In this document: positions 40,772 through 51,046 of the stretch, in pieces
Layout: each line of letters begins with the position of its first letter
How positions within the stretch are numbered: position 1 is the stretch's first letter
Assembly (NCBI GenBank): GCA_026387335.1
Contig: JAPLLX010000004.1
Location: forward strand, 189,485-253,484
Source: Candidatus Omnitrophota bacterium
GTDB lineage: Bacteria > Omnitrophota > Gorgyraeia > Gygaellales > Profunditerraquicolaceae
DNA length: 64,000 nt
Direction: 5' to 3'
Position numbers and translations under genes: made by a program
The notes under the pieces: model-generated
Told to the model about the DNA's origin: nothing
Database searches by the model: none
Seen by the model: only the letters and a program-made list of their open reading frames with translations

Positions 40772-42244
40772 ATGCTTATGCTCTTGATCTACGCCTTAAC
40801 CGTCATACCTCTATCCCTCCTGCTGATTTATAAGGCCCAGGGCCTAAACCAGTTACAATCGCAGGTCAACTCTTTAAAGAAATCCCTGGATGATATGGAT
40901 GAACAGGCCAAGCTTATTGTGCGCACGGATATGGAACTAAATAAGCTGCAGGAAGAGCTGGATAAGAAAATAGTCGGCCTCTACGCGCTGCAAAGATTAT
41001 CCCGCATAATCAGTATGACCCTGGAAGAAGAACAGATCTTTAAAAGGATACAGCCGGAGTATTTAAGCGACTTAGGGTTTGAAAAGGCATTCGGTTTTCT
41101 CTGGGATGATACAAAGAAACAATTTATCCTGCATTTTTGCCTAGGCTATTCTGATGACGAAACCAAAGAGATACAACTGTTCATTAATAATAACAAGGAG
41201 CGCTGCCTTAATTTTATAACCAGCGAGAAAACCCTCTCTTCGATATCGGAATCCAATAATTTAATTACCCCCCAACAGTTAAGCGATATTTTTAAGGCGC
41301 ACGCGTTTATTGTCTCCCCTCTTGCGCCTCAGAAAGATAACCGAGGATTGATTTTTGTCGGAACAAAAAATGTTGAGATGCTGGTCACTGAAGGAGACGA
41401 GGAATTAATCAAAATACTGGCTACGCAGCTGGCGCAGGCCCTGGAAAATGCCCGTTTATTTGAAAAAACCTGGAGGGCGCAGCAGGAGTTAGAGAAAAAG
41501 GTAACCGAAAGGACCCACGAACTGACCGTAGCCATGGAAGAAGTCAAAAAGATAAGCGCCCGTAAAACAAACTTTGTCTCCAGTGTCTCCCATGAATTAA
41601 GGACTCCCCTTACTTCCGTAAAGGGCTACGCCGCGATATTACTTACCGGGAAATTAGGCGAACTCCCTAAAGAGGTGCGGGAGCGCCTGGAGAAAATAAA
41701 CCGGCACAGCGATGAGCTGGTACACATGGTTAATGACCTGCTGGACATATCCCGTATTGAATCGGGAAAAGTAACCATGAAAACAGAGATCTGTAACCTA
41801 CGGGAAATCACGAGCAAAGCAGAAGACTTATTAAGCGGGCAATTAAAAGAAAGAAAACTATCTTTAAATATAGAGATCCCTCCCGAAGCCAACCTGGTTA
41901 TGGCTGACCGGACACAAATAGAGCGCGTATTTATTAACCTTATCGGCAACGCGATGAAATTCACTCCTGCCGAAGGTAAAATAACTATTCATGCCCGTAA
42001 AACGGAGAAAATGGCAGAAGTAAATGTTTCCGATACGGGCTGCGGTATACCCGAAGAAGCCCAGGAAGCTATATTTGAGGAATTCTACCGGGTGGATAAC
42101 GCGATAAACCAGGAAGTAAAAGGCACGGGTCTGGGGCTGTCTCTAGTAAAATATATAGTTGAAGCTCACGGAGGAAAAATTTGGGTCAAGAGTAAGGTCA
42201 GCTTAGGGTCAACCTTTAGTTTCACCTTACCCCAAACATCATAA
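40772..42244 (+). CDS. GAF-domain sensor histidine kinase
   Basis: SHELRTPL H-box, NLIGNAMKFT N-box, DTGCGI, GTGLGL. Confidence 0.92.
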   Translation: MLMLLIYALTVIPLSLLLIYKAQGLNQLQSQVNSLKKSLDDMDEQAKLIVRTDMELNKLQEELDKKIVGLYALQRLSRIISMTLEEEQIFKRIQPEYLSDLGFEKAFGFLWDDTKKQFILHFCLGYSDDETKEIQLFINNNKERCLNFITSEKTLSSISESNNLITPQQLSDIFKAHAFIVSPLAPQKDNRGLIFVGTKNVEMLVTEGDEELIKILATQLAQALENARLFEKTWRAQQELEKKVTERTHELTVAMEEVKKISARKTNFVSSVSHELRTPLTSVKGYAAILLTGKLGELPKEVRERLEKINRHSDELVHMVNDLLDISRIESGKVTMKTEICNLREITSKAEDLLSGQLKERKLSLNIEIPPEANLVMADRTQIERVFINLIGNAMKFTPAEGKITIHARKTEKMAEVNVSDTGCGIPEEAQEAIFEEFYRVDNAINQEVKGTGLGLSLVKYIVEAHGGKIWVKSKVSLGSTFSFTLPQTS

Positions 42245-42248
42245 ATAT

Positions 42249-43184
42249 ATGGCGATAAAAATACTTATTGTTGACGATGACCCGGATATCCGGGATGTAT
42301 TAAAACTGACCCTCTCCGAAGAGAATTACGAAATACTTGAGGCGGCTGACGGAGAAGAAGCCCTGAAGATTATCCACGCTAACCAGCCGGACCTGATATT
42401 ACTGGATTATAAAATACCCAAGATCGACGGCCGGGAAGTCTGCCGCAGAATAAAGAAAGATTTACTCCTTAGGCACCTGCCTATAATTATGGTAACCGGC
42501 AAAGGCGATATAAGCGATAAAGTTGACGGGATTGACGCCGGCGCGGATGATTATGTAGTCAAACCCTTTGAGCCTAAGGAATTACTGGCGCGCATACGCA
42601 TGATCTTAAGGCATACTGAACGCGACCTTGAGGCCAATCCCTTGACCCGGCTGCCCGGAAACATCTCTATCTTAAAGGAACTATCCAAATACATAGAAAA
42701 TAAATCTTCGCTAGCCGTATGCTACCTGGATTTAGATAAATTTAAGTCTTATAATGATAAGTACGGGTTTGAACACGGGGATGAAGTAATCCGGGAGACT
42801 GCCCGCCTTCTTATACGCGCGACCCAGGAGTACGGCAACCACGGCGATTTTGTCGGCCATATCGGCGGGGATGATTTTGTGATTATCACTACCCCTGATA
42901 AAACCGACACTCTCTGCCAAAAGGTAATCCTGGATTTTGAAAACCTGGCCCCCTCTTTCTATAATGAAAAAGACAGGAAAAACGGCTATATAGTCGGCAA
43001 AGACCGGCAGGGGCAAGAGCAGAAAATTCCGCTTTTATCTATATCCATAGGTATAGTGACTAATCAATACCGGACAATAACCCACGTGGCTCAAATCGGC
43101 GAGATAGGCGCAGAATTAAAATCCTACGCCAAGAGCCTGGAAAGAAGCAATTACGTAAAGGACAGGCGCGTAGAGGATAGATAA
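42249..43184 (+). CDS. Response regulator with a GGDEF (diguanylate cyclase-like) domain
   Basis: REC domain (VDDD, LLD, KPF); DLDKFKSYNDKYGFEHGD; HIGGDDF. Confidence 0.9.
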   Translation: MAIKILIVDDDPDIRDVLKLTLSEENYEILEAADGEEALKIIHANQPDLILLDYKIPKIDGREVCRRIKKDLLLRHLPIIMVTGKGDISDKVDGIDAGADDYVVKPFEPKELLARIRMILRHTERDLEANPLTRLPGNISILKELSKYIENKSSLAVCYLDLDKFKSYNDKYGFEHGDEVIRETARLLIRATQEYGNHGDFVGHIGGDDFVIITTPDKTDTLCQKVILDFENLAPSFYNEKDRKNGYIVGKDRQGQEQKIPLLSISIGIVTNQYRTITHVAQIGEIGAELKSYAKSLERSNYVKDRRVEDR

Positions 43185-43248
43185 ATAGGGACAGCGACCA
43201 TTTTTCAATCAGGTGACGATTAAAAAAATGGTCGCTGTCCCTATTTAT
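43181..43248. repeat. Palindromic element, family A, between convergent genes
   Basis: ATAAATAGGGACAGCGACCATTTTT...AAAAATGGTCGCTGTCCCTATTTAT. Confidence 0.85.
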
Positions 43249-43332
43249 TGGTGCGCGAGGGGGGAGTTGAACCCCCAAGCCTTGCGGCGCAAGCCCCTCA
43301 TGCTTGTGCGTCTGCCATTCCGCCACCCGCGC
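43249..43332 (-). tRNA. tRNA-Leu(GAG)
   Basis: GCGCGGGTGGCGGAATGGCAGACGCACAAGCATGAGGGGCTTG...GTTCAACTCCCCCCTCGCGCACCA; long variable arm. Confidence 0.93.
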
Positions 43333-43388
43333 GTAATTTAATATATCAAGGAGTGATTATACAATAGCCGCCTAAATTATCAAGGACA

Positions 43389-44525
43389 TTACAGGTGTTT
43401 CCTGCTTAGTTGTAAAAAGGAGTTGAACGCGTTTCTTTTTTGGAAGTTTTTTATCAACCTTAGGGTTTCAATCAGGGACCAGGCGCCATAAACCCAAATA
43501 ATTCCTCCGCGTGTCCCGGGGATAAGGAACTGTACCAGCCATAATAAAAATAAAGCCGCGGCTTCAAATAATTGAAAATCCATACTTACCAGGAATAAAA
43601 ACCCTAAATAAGACTGAATGATAGTCAGGAGTATCTCTACTTTCTGGTGCCCGTCAAAGACAACGCAGGAAACCTTACCCATGCCGAAAGAATAAATAAA
43701 CGGGATGAGCGCCACAAGTATGGTCCACTGGTTAATTGAAGAAGAGACAAAATTAACCAACGCCATAGACGCTTTATTCACTTTTCTCGCCCAATAAAAA
43801 GCCGAAAGCTTCTCGGGGAATTCGCTTAAGAACGGCGCTACCCACTGCACAAAAACAAACTGGGAAACCCCCAGGGATATAGCTATAGCCAGCATGGAAT
43901 TAAGGAACGGATGCGCTGAAAAATAGAGGATTAGCGCGCCTAAAATGAAAAACCCCGCAATCCAGGCTATATTCAAAGGATATTTATTACGCATTACGTA
44001 TTTCGATATCCTACCTAAGTCCTCTATCTCTTCGGCGTCATGAGGAGGCATTTTTGACAAAATATAAAGGTAACCGAAATAAATAACGCTTAAAACTACC
44101 CCGTCAAAAATATTCAAAGTGCCTTTAAAATAAATGATTAGGAAATATAACAGCGCGGGCAATAACGAAAGGACAGCTACGGAATGCTCGTCTTCCAGCT
44201 CTATACTCCAGGGCTCCTTACTGCCGTCCTTAAGCCTCCTGGAGAAATAGGATACAAAATAAACCATCGGCCAGCCTAAGCCGACAAATAATCTTAAAGA
44301 ACCTGTGTAGTTAGCGGTAATAAGATGTAACTTGGACGGGTCTTTGGCAGCGGTTAAAGCGATTACCCCTTCAACGGCAAATTCCGGAAGGGTCTGCACC
44401 CAGGCGAGCACAGCCAGAGCCAGGCCTTGCGAAATAAAAAACTGGCCGCATTCCGCCCCCCAGGAGATTAGCAGGGCAGCTAAGATTATTGCCGGAAATG
44501 TCCATAACGCGCTTAAAGCTTCCAT
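43389..44525 (-). CDS. Na+/Ca2+ exchanger (CaCA) family antiporter
   Basis: Alpha repeats TLPEFAVE and SEFPEK...SSSINQWT; many TM helices. Confidence 0.8.
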   Translation of the reverse strand: MEALSALWTFPAIILAALLISWGAECGQFFISQGLALAVLAWVQTLPEFAVEGVIALTAAKDPSKLHLITANYTGSLRLFVGLGWPMVYFVSYFSRRLKDGSKEPWSIELEDEHSVAVLSLLPALLYFLIIYFKGTLNIFDGVVLSVIYFGYLYILSKMPPHDAEEIEDLGRISKYVMRNKYPLNIAWIAGFFILGALILYFSAHPFLNSMLAIAISLGVSQFVFVQWVAPFLSEFPEKLSAFYWARKVNKASMALVNFVSSSINQWTILVALIPFIYSFGMGKVSCVVFDGHQKVEILLTIIQSYLGFLFLVSMDFQLFEAAALFLLWLVQFLIPGTRGGIIWVYGAWSLIETLRLIKNFQKRNAFNSFLQLSRKHL

Positions 44526-44545
44526 ATAATCAGGTAGGACAAAAG

Positions 44546-44881
44546 CTACTCATTCGCATCGTTTAAATCCGAAAGGTGCCTAATCTTCAAACCGCTTAAA
44601 TCATCGCGGTAATAGGTAACCGTAACCGGATCGCTCTGTTCAATGTCGCCTAGAGAGATGGATTCACTGCCTCTGGAAAGTTCAGAATCGCTGGTAACCC
44701 TAAGACTAAGCTCATCCGTATTTCCGGTGTAAGGGATAGAGCAACGAACAATTACCACTGATTTTACCCAATCCACAGAAGATACTGTTCCGGAAATATT
44801 CTTTTCATCGCCATCTTCGGCTGATGCCGGGACAACCGCAGCAAAAGCTAAAATCAGGAAAGCTAGGACTACTCTATGCAT
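44546..44881 (-). CDS. Secreted hypothetical protein (OB-fold-like)
   Basis: Signal peptide; GTVSSVD...LGDIEQSDPVTVTY. Confidence 0.65.
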   Translation of the reverse strand: MHRVVLAFLILAFAAVVPASAEDGDEKNISGTVSSVDWVKSVVIVRCSIPYTGNTDELSLRVTSDSELSRGSESISLGDIEQSDPVTVTYYRDDLSGLKIRHLSDLNDANE

Positions 44882-44988
44882 TCTTTTTCCTTTCTAAAAT
44901 AAATGCTTGCTTAAAGAACTCAACTTTTCTAATCATTATAATACAATAAACGAAATGGATATCAAGAGATTATATATCCTATTAATTC

Positions 44989-46095
44989 CTAATATGCGGT
45001 TTTCTCTTCCAAAATATTAACCAAGCTGGGATTTTCAAGCAAACTATTGTAATGAAAGACTGTATAGCTGCCAGCACCGGCAGACCTGGCAATTTGGAGC
45101 TCATCTCTAAAAACTTTAGCTGCGTGCACCAATTTATAAGCTGGTAACCCGATATATACATTCTTAAAATCTCTTACCTTCTCTTTCGCCTCCTGAATGT
45201 TTTTGTTGAATTCCGCGGCATCTTTAGGATAGCTCATCAGCAGAACAAAATCAACCCGTCCCTCATTTACCCATACCGGCCAATTCTGATAGGCTTCATA
45301 ATACGCCCGGACAAATGGAACGCAGCCGGTTGAGCCTATCCGCATATCCGGGCGCATTGAGCGCACCTTATTCACAAGCAAAGTAAGCAACTCATCTACC
45401 TGCGTTCTTTTCCAATCATTCCAAATTGACAGGCTCTTACTGATATCCTTAACTCCTGTTGCCTTTTTAAAACGCTCAATGTTTGTTTTTGTATAACCAT
45501 AATCAGGGTCTTTATCCGGATAACGTATATAATCAAATAATATCCCGTCTAATCCGGGATAAGCGCTGATCAATTCTTGCGTTATAGAGCAAAGCTCCTG
45601 CCGAACGCGCGTATCTCCCGGCTCAAGAAAAAACTGATCATCTATTTTATAATCATCCAGGCTCTTCTTTTCTTTAAGATTCCTGGTTAAAACATCAACC
45701 CCATACTTCTGCAAAATAAATGCACTCTTATTATCGCTAAGGCTAAGCAGGTTAAGCCACGCGTATACCTTTATGCCTTTGCTGTGGGCTTGTTTAATGA
45801 GAAGATTGAGCGGGTCCTCCCGTAGTTTATCCAAACAGGCTGTATAAGGTTTGGAATCGGCAAACCTTGAATAAAACCAGGCTTTGTTGGCGCGATAAAC
45901 CTGGACAAAAAGAATTCTTGCCTCTACTTTACCGGATAAATCAACTAATTTTGATATTTCATCCCGGGTGGAAAGCGGACCGGGTTCCTGTAATTGAGCT
46001 ACTAAAATTGAAATCGGGGATGCTTCCTGGCAATGGGCGGGTAATTGAATAAAAGAGAGTACACACAGAACGCAGAAAATTATTCTCTTCTTCAT
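44989..46095 (-). CDS. Glycoside hydrolase-like family 10 (DUF187/YddW-like)
   Basis: DPLNLLIKQAHSKGIKVYAWLN, DGILFDYIRYP, QNWPVW. Confidence 0.82.
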   Translation of the reverse strand: MKKRIIFCVLCVLSFIQLPAHCQEASPISILVAQLQEPGPLSTRDEISKLVDLSGKVEARILFVQVYRANKAWFYSRFADSKPYTACLDKLREDPLNLLIKQAHSKGIKVYAWLNLLSLSDNKSAFILQKYGVDVLTRNLKEKKSLDDYKIDDQFFLEPGDTRVRQELCSITQELISAYPGLDGILFDYIRYPDKDPDYGYTKTNIERFKKATGVKDISKSLSIWNDWKRTQVDELLTLLVNKVRSMRPDMRIGSTGCVPFVRAYYEAYQNWPVWVNEGRVDFVLLMSYPKDAAEFNKNIQEAKEKVRDFKNVYIGLPAYKLVHAAKVFRDELQIARSAGAGSYTVFHYNSLLENPSLVNILEEKTAY

Positions 46096-46127
46096 AAATA
46101 AACTGCCGGCTTTGGACGATTAGAGAA

Positions 46128-46874
46128 TTATCTACCAGTAACGTTGAGCAATTTTGTTTTCTTTTTTAAGATATAAAATGTTAAATATATACCTAAACTT
46201 ATAATAAAGAATATTATCCAAGAACTATTTACCGTAAATCTTTTTTTGGTTAAGAAATTAGTTGAAATTTCTAAGAAAAAGAACGTTGTCACAATGGAAA
46301 AATAGGTAGAAAACTCTCTCCTAAGAACGGTTTTGAATGAAAACCCTAACTCCGGTTTTTTCCAATTTTTAAAACAAGGAATTACGATAGGCGTTTTTGC
46401 AGCCCATTGCAAGAACTGATCTTTAAATTTACTTCTTAAAAATTCTTCTTCGGTAAAAATAATCCGTTCATAATAGAGCCAAAATCCAAACCAAACTAAT
46501 AAAGCTAACCACCATACTTGAATAAATAAGGTAATGCCTAAAACAATGATAAAATTACCCAAGTAAAGCGGATTCCTCGAGATAGAATACATGCCGGTTG
46601 TATTAAGCATTTCTGCTACTTGCGACTTTGTATTTCTCCCTGATGTACCACGGGGAGCATACCCTGCAGTAATACAACGGACAATAAGGCCTAAAAATGA
46701 TACTATAATTGCACAAGCCCCCCAAGAATCACCTACAGCATCGCCAAATCTTCTTTCCAGCGCTCCTGACTGTCTTAAAGCAATAATAAAAATCGGAATG
46801 CCTAAAAGCGGCAAATAACTTCTCCACCTAAAAAGCCAACTACCTTGTTTTTCCATATCTTCTCGTAGCGCCAT
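46128..46874 (-). CDS. ICMT/PEMT-family membrane methyltransferase (lipid A methyltransferase-like)
   Basis: TTGMYSISRNPLYLGN, EEEFL..KF. Confidence 0.8.
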   Translation of the reverse strand: MALREDMEKQGSWLFRWRSYLPLLGIPIFIIALRQSGALERRFGDAVGDSWGACAIIVSFLGLIVRCITAGYAPRGTSGRNTKSQVAEMLNTTGMYSISRNPLYLGNFIIVLGITLFIQVWWLALLVWFGFWLYYERIIFTEEEFLRSKFKDQFLQWAAKTPIVIPCFKNWKKPELGFSFKTVLRREFSTYFSIVTTFFFLEISTNFLTKKRFTVNSSWIIFFIISLGIYLTFYILKKKTKLLNVTGR

Positions 46875-46927
46875 TTTTGCTTTTTAATTCTCCTTATCTT
46901 ATAAAATCAACTGATTTATAAAAATAA

Positions 46928-46999
46928 CTGCCCCGCATGGAATCGAACCATGATAGTCAGATCCAGAATCTGAAGTCCTACCGATTAGACGACAGGGCA
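46928..46999 (-). tRNA. tRNA-Gln(CTG)
   Basis: TGCCCTGTCGTCTAATCGGTAGGACTTCAGATTCTGGATCTGACTATCATGGTTCGATTCCATGCGGGGCAG. Confidence 0.92.
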
Positions 47000-47085
47000 A
47001 ATGATTCCCAGGAATGGATTAGCCGGGAGTAAACCCGGCTTTAATTAATTGAGGAAGAACCGACGTTAATTTATTCTTTTAGGGG

Positions 47086-47250
47086 CTACCAAAGATTATC
47101 CTTGAACCAGCCATCGGATTTCTTTAGCCACGCCCAATCTTCTTTAGCTCCCTCTTTCATCCCTTGAGCGCCTTTATACAATGTCCCGCAGCCGCTGCTC
47201 AAGAAAACAAAAACTAGAAGAACAGCCGACAAAAATGCTTTTTTAAGCAT
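47086..47250 (-). CDS. Small entericidin-like lipoprotein, 54 aa (not in ORF track)
   Basis: GGAGG RBS; MLKKAFLSAVLLVFVFLSSGCGTLYKGAQGMKEGAKEDWAWLKKSDGWFKDNLW with a lipobox. Confidence 0.75.
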   Translation of the reverse strand: MLKKAFLSAVLLVFVFLSSGCGTLYKGAQGMKEGAKEDWAWLKKSDGWFKDNLW

Positions 47251-48553
47251 TGCTTCCTCCATTTATCCAACGGCCTAATCTCTTCTGGGTGAGTTCTTTC
47301 CCTAAATAATATATCACTTCAAAGAGCCCCGGGCCTATGGTCTTTCCGGTAAGGGCCACCCTTATCGGGTGAATTAACGCTTTAGACTCAATATTCAATT
47401 CCTTAACTACTTCCCGGAATCCTGCTTCTATGTTAAGAATATCAAATTTTTCCAATTTATCAAGCTTTTCTATAAAAAGCCGGAATTCCCGCGACAGATC
47501 ACCACCCAAAAACTTCTTCTCTGCTTCTTCTTCAATTTTAAGTTCCTTAACAAAGAAAAAATCCGCCCAATCGCAAAAATCGTTTAGCGTGGTCAGGCGC
47601 GGCTGGAATAGCTTTACTAAAGAAACCAGGTAATCCCTGTCAAAACCATCCGCACTGATATAATTTTTCTCAATAAGCAAGGGGATCAATACATCCGTAA
47701 GTTTTTCGGAATCCCCGTTTTTAAGATACTGATTGTTCATCCAGTTAAGTTTCTTCAGGTCAAATGTAGCCGAGGTTTTATTTACCTGCGTAACATCAAA
47801 TAATTTTAGCGCTTGGTTAATATCAATAAGTTCAACATTGCCTCCCGGAGCCCAGCTTAAGAGCAACAGATAGTTTACTAATGCCGAAGCCAGATAACCC
47901 ATTTTACGGTAATCGCTTATAGCGGTAGCCCCGGTCCTCTTAGAAAGCCTACCCCCTTCCATCCCCATAATCAAGGGCAGATGCGCAAACTTAGGGACAC
48001 TAAAACCCAACGCCTCATATAAAAGCGCCTGCTTAGGCGTATTGGATATATGGTCATCTCCTCTTATCACATGGGTGATCTTCATATCCGCGTCATCAAC
48101 CACGCAGGCAAAATTATAAGTCGGCGTTCCGTCGGATTTTATTAAAACCTGGTCCTTAATCACGGCGGTGTCAAATTCAATCTCGCCGCGGATTAAATCC
48201 TGGATTTTGATTTTTTGCGGCGGGACCTTAAAGATTATTGCTTCTCGGGGTTTATCTATTGCCTTTTCCTTATAAGCTTTACCTTCTTTAAGCAATTTTT
48301 GAGCGTATTCATTATAAATATCCAACCTCTTGCTCTGATAATAAATCTCATCCCAATTAAAACCCAGCCAGCTCAAGCTGTTTAAAATCTCATCCACGAA
48401 TTCCTGTTTTGAGCGGGCGCTATCCGTATCTTCTATCCTTAAAATAAATTTTCCGGACTTGGCCCGGGCATAAAGCCAATTGAATAAAGCTGTGCGCGCT
48501 CCGCCGATATGCAGATTCCCGGTCGGGCTAGGAGCAAATCTGACTCTAACCAT
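47243..48553 (-). CDS. gltX: Glutamate--tRNA ligase
   Basis: RFAPSPTG, HIGG, LSKR. Confidence 0.95.
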   Translation of the reverse strand: MVRVRFAPSPTGNLHIGGARTALFNWLYARAKSGKFILRIEDTDSARSKQEFVDEILNSLSWLGFNWDEIYYQSKRLDIYNEYAQKLLKEGKAYKEKAIDKPREAIIFKVPPQKIKIQDLIRGEIEFDTAVIKDQVLIKSDGTPTYNFACVVDDADMKITHVIRGDDHISNTPKQALLYEALGFSVPKFAHLPLIMGMEGGRLSKRTGATAISDYRKMGYLASALVNYLLLLSWAPGGNVELIDINQALKLFDVTQVNKTSATFDLKKLNWMNNQYLKNGDSEKLTDVLIPLLIEKNYISADGFDRDYLVSLVKLFQPRLTTLNDFCDWADFFFVKELKIEEEAEKKFLGGDLSREFRLFIEKLDKLEKFDILNIEAGFREVVKELNIESKALIHPIRVALTGKTIGPGLFEVIYYLGKELTQKRLGRWINGGSNA

Positions 48554-48555
48554 TT

Positions 48556-49083
48556 TTATAATTCCCGACCTTTCTTTAGGGCTTCAATGTTCACTTTAAG
48601 TAATTCAGGTTTGTCTTTAGGCGCCATTTTCTTCATAACCCTTAATATATTTTCCTTAGAAACGGTTTTTTTCATAGCCAGGTAGCTGCCTAAAGCTATC
48701 ATATTCGCTACTTTAATATTGCCTAAATCTATTGCTATATCCGTGAATTTTCCCGCCACAGTTTTAGCTTTAATATTATTATCCGGTTTTGTAAGAGAAC
48801 TGTTAACCAGCATAAGCCCGGTATTTTTCAGGCGGTCTTTGAACTTATCCAGCGACATTTGGTTCATCGCGATCAGGGTATCGGCTTTATGGATATGCGG
48901 AGAGCCGATTTCATCGTCTGATATCGTTACCATGCAATGCGCAGCTCCCCCTCGGACCTCCGGCCCGTAAGCAGGAAGCCAGGTGACAAATTTATTCTCC
49001 AGCAGCGCGCCTTCAGCCAAAACCTTTCCCAGTAGCATTATGCCCTGCCCGCCGCTGCCAGCTATGATAACCCGCTCGGTCAT
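48556..49083 (-). CDS. 2-oxoacid:ferredoxin oxidoreductase gamma subunit
   Basis: [15 protein letters not shown]. Confidence 0.9.
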   Translation of the reverse strand: MTERVIIAGSGGQGIMLLGKVLAEGALLENKFVTWLPAYGPEVRGGAAHCMVTISDDEIGSPHIHKADTLIAMNQMSLDKFKDRLKNTGLMLVNSSLTKPDNNIKAKTVAGKFTDIAIDLGNIKVANMIALGSYLAMKKTVSKENILRVMKKMAPKDKPELLKVNIEALKKGREL

Positions 49084-49808
49084 TTAATTACTCCTAGAGG
49101 AAATTCTTTGGCCATAGTGTTTTGAATCCAATCCAGCGACTCTTTAGGGGATAAGCCCCAATAAGTCGGGCAAGGAGAAAGCATTTCAACTAAGGAAAAA
49201 CCGACTCCTTCCATCTGATTTACCAACGCCTTCTTTATTGCCTTTTTCGCTTTTATAATATCCGGCGCGGAACCCAGCGAAACGCGCTCTATATATTTAA
49301 CTCCGGGTAGCAAAGCTAACATCTCGGAAATCTTTAAAGGGTAACCTTGAGATTGCGCGCATCTTCCGGAAGGAGTAGTGGAGGTTTTTTGGTTTAATAA
49401 AGTTGTGGGGGCCATCTGGCCGCCGGTCATCCCGTAAACAGCGTTATTGATGAAGAAAACCGTGAGATTTTCTCCGCGGTTAGCCGCATGGATTGTTTCG
49501 TTAGTCCCGATAGCCGCTAAATCCCCATCGCCCTGATAAGTAAAAACAATATTTTGCGGCCTGACTCTTTTTATCGCGGTTGCGACTGCCAGTGCCCGGC
49601 CATGCGCGGCTTCCGAACAATCAAAATCCCAATAGTCGTAGGCGATTACCGCGCAGCCAACCGGAGCCACCGCGATGACCCGCTCTCTTATTTTTAATTC
49701 ATCTACTACTTCAGCGATAAGCCTGTGGGCCAGGCCATGGCCGCAACCCGGGCAATAGTGCGTAGAGACATCTCTTAATGATTGAGGATGCGAATATATT
49801 TTATCCAT
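49080..49808 (-). CDS. 2-oxoacid:ferredoxin oxidoreductase beta (TPP-binding) subunit
   Basis: [19 protein letters not shown]. Confidence 0.9.
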   Translation of the reverse strand: MDKIYSHPQSLRDVSTHYCPGCGHGLAHRLIAEVVDELKIRERVIAVAPVGCAVIAYDYWDFDCSEAAHGRALAVATAIKRVRPQNIVFTYQGDGDLAAIGTNETIHAANRGENLTVFFINNAVYGMTGGQMAPTTLLNQKTSTTPSGRCAQSQGYPLKISEMLALLPGVKYIERVSLGSAPDIIKAKKAIKKALVNQMEGVGFSLVEMLSPCPTYWGLSPKESLDWIQNTMAKEFPLGVIK

Positions 49809-50841
49809 TGTATATTTTATTTACCTTCAAGATTATCTCTTCTTCCGAAGGCACTCCTCCACCGGAACGGCCTAAAAAATCAACCTTCGCCCTGCCGCCA
49901 AGAGTCAACTGCACATCTTCCAGCATCTGGCCGTAAGACATTTCAATTACCAGGTATTTATTTTTTGGCCTGGCGAACGCTTTTTTCGGAAACGGCCAAA
50001 GCGAAATCGGACGGATCAATCCAACGCGCTTACCCTTACCTCTTAAGACTTTTAGCGCAGCCCGGGCAATCCGGCTCATGCTTCCGTAAGCGACTAAAAC
50101 AACCTTGGCGTCATCTAAAAATAATTCTTCCCAGCGCTGCTCTTTCGCGGCTATCTCTTTATATTTTTTCTGTAATTTAAGGTTTAACTTTTCTAAATCT
50201 CCTTCTCCTAAATAAAATGATTTTACAACATTGGCTTTTCTTCCTTTACAGCCGGTCAGGGCCCAGGGCTTGGCTTTAAGCTTAGGGCCTTGAGTTGTAA
50301 GTTTAAGAGGTTCCATCATTTGCCCAAGCATTCCATCCCCGAGGATTATAGCCGGCGCGCGGTATTTATCCGCCAGATTAAACGCCAGGTAAGTTAAATC
50401 ATAACTCTCCTGCACGCTGGAAGGCGCCAAAACTATACAGTGATAATCGCCGTGGCCTCCTGAACGCGTGGCCTGAAAATAATCCGCCTGGGAAGGAGCA
50501 ATATTCCCTAATCCCGGGCCGCCGCGCATAACATTTACAATGACTGCCGGTAACTCTGCTCCGGCTATATAAGAGATCCCTTCCTGTTTCAGGCTTATCC
50601 CGGGACTGGAAGAGGAAGTCATTGCCCGGGCTCCCGCAGCCGAAGCTCCGAAGACCATATTTATCGCGGCCACCTCTGCTTCTGCCTGGATAAATACTCC
50701 GCCTCTTTTTTCCATATTATTAGCCATGTAAGCCGTGAGTTCGTTTTGCGGAGTAATCGGATATCCGGCGTAAAAAGAACATCCTGCCTGGATTGCTCCT
50801 TCAGCAATGGCGTCATTCCCGCTCATTAATATTTTTGGCAT
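49801..50841 (-). CDS. 2-oxoacid:ferredoxin oxidoreductase alpha subunit (VorB-like)
   Basis: GYPITPQ, TSSSSPG, RGGPGLG. Confidence 0.9.
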   Translation of the reverse strand: MPKILMSGNDAIAEGAIQAGCSFYAGYPITPQNELTAYMANNMEKRGGVFIQAEAEVAAINMVFGASAAGARAMTSSSSPGISLKQEGISYIAGAELPAVIVNVMRGGPGLGNIAPSQADYFQATRSGGHGDYHCIVLAPSSVQESYDLTYLAFNLADKYRAPAIILGDGMLGQMMEPLKLTTQGPKLKAKPWALTGCKGRKANVVKSFYLGEGDLEKLNLKLQKKYKEIAAKEQRWEELFLDDAKVVLVAYGSMSRIARAALKVLRGKGKRVGLIRPISLWPFPKKAFARPKNKYLVIEMSYGQMLEDVQLTLGGRAKVDFLGRSGGGVPSEEEIILKVNKIYNG

Positions 50842-50842
50842 T

Positions 50843-51046
50843 TTATTTATACACCTCAATACAGCAATCCGGACAAATCAGGGCGCACAGCGCGCAGCCT
50901 ACGCATTTACCTTCGGATTTAAATTTCACCGGTTTTATCCCGCGTAAATTAAGCTCTTCGTTAATAACGATTGCCCCTTGCGGGCAAACGCTAACGCATA
51001 AAAGGCAACCTTTACATTTATCTTTATCAATGGTTATCTTGGGCAT
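50843..51046 (-). CDS. 2x[4Fe-4S] ferredoxin (delta subunit)
   Basis: Two CxxCxxCxxxCP motifs. Confidence 0.92.
   Translation of the reverse strand: MPKITIDKDKCKGCLLCVSVCPQGAIVINEELNLRGIKPVKFKSEGKCVGCALCALICPDCCIEVYK

Noticed and set aside
32951-43248. CRISPR array made of the GGGACAGCGACC repeats
   Set aside because: Copies are dispersed inverted repeats without regular spacers; no cas genes.
43060-43326. 88-aa minus-strand ORF
   Set aside because: Overlaps tRNA-Leu and a palindromic repeat.
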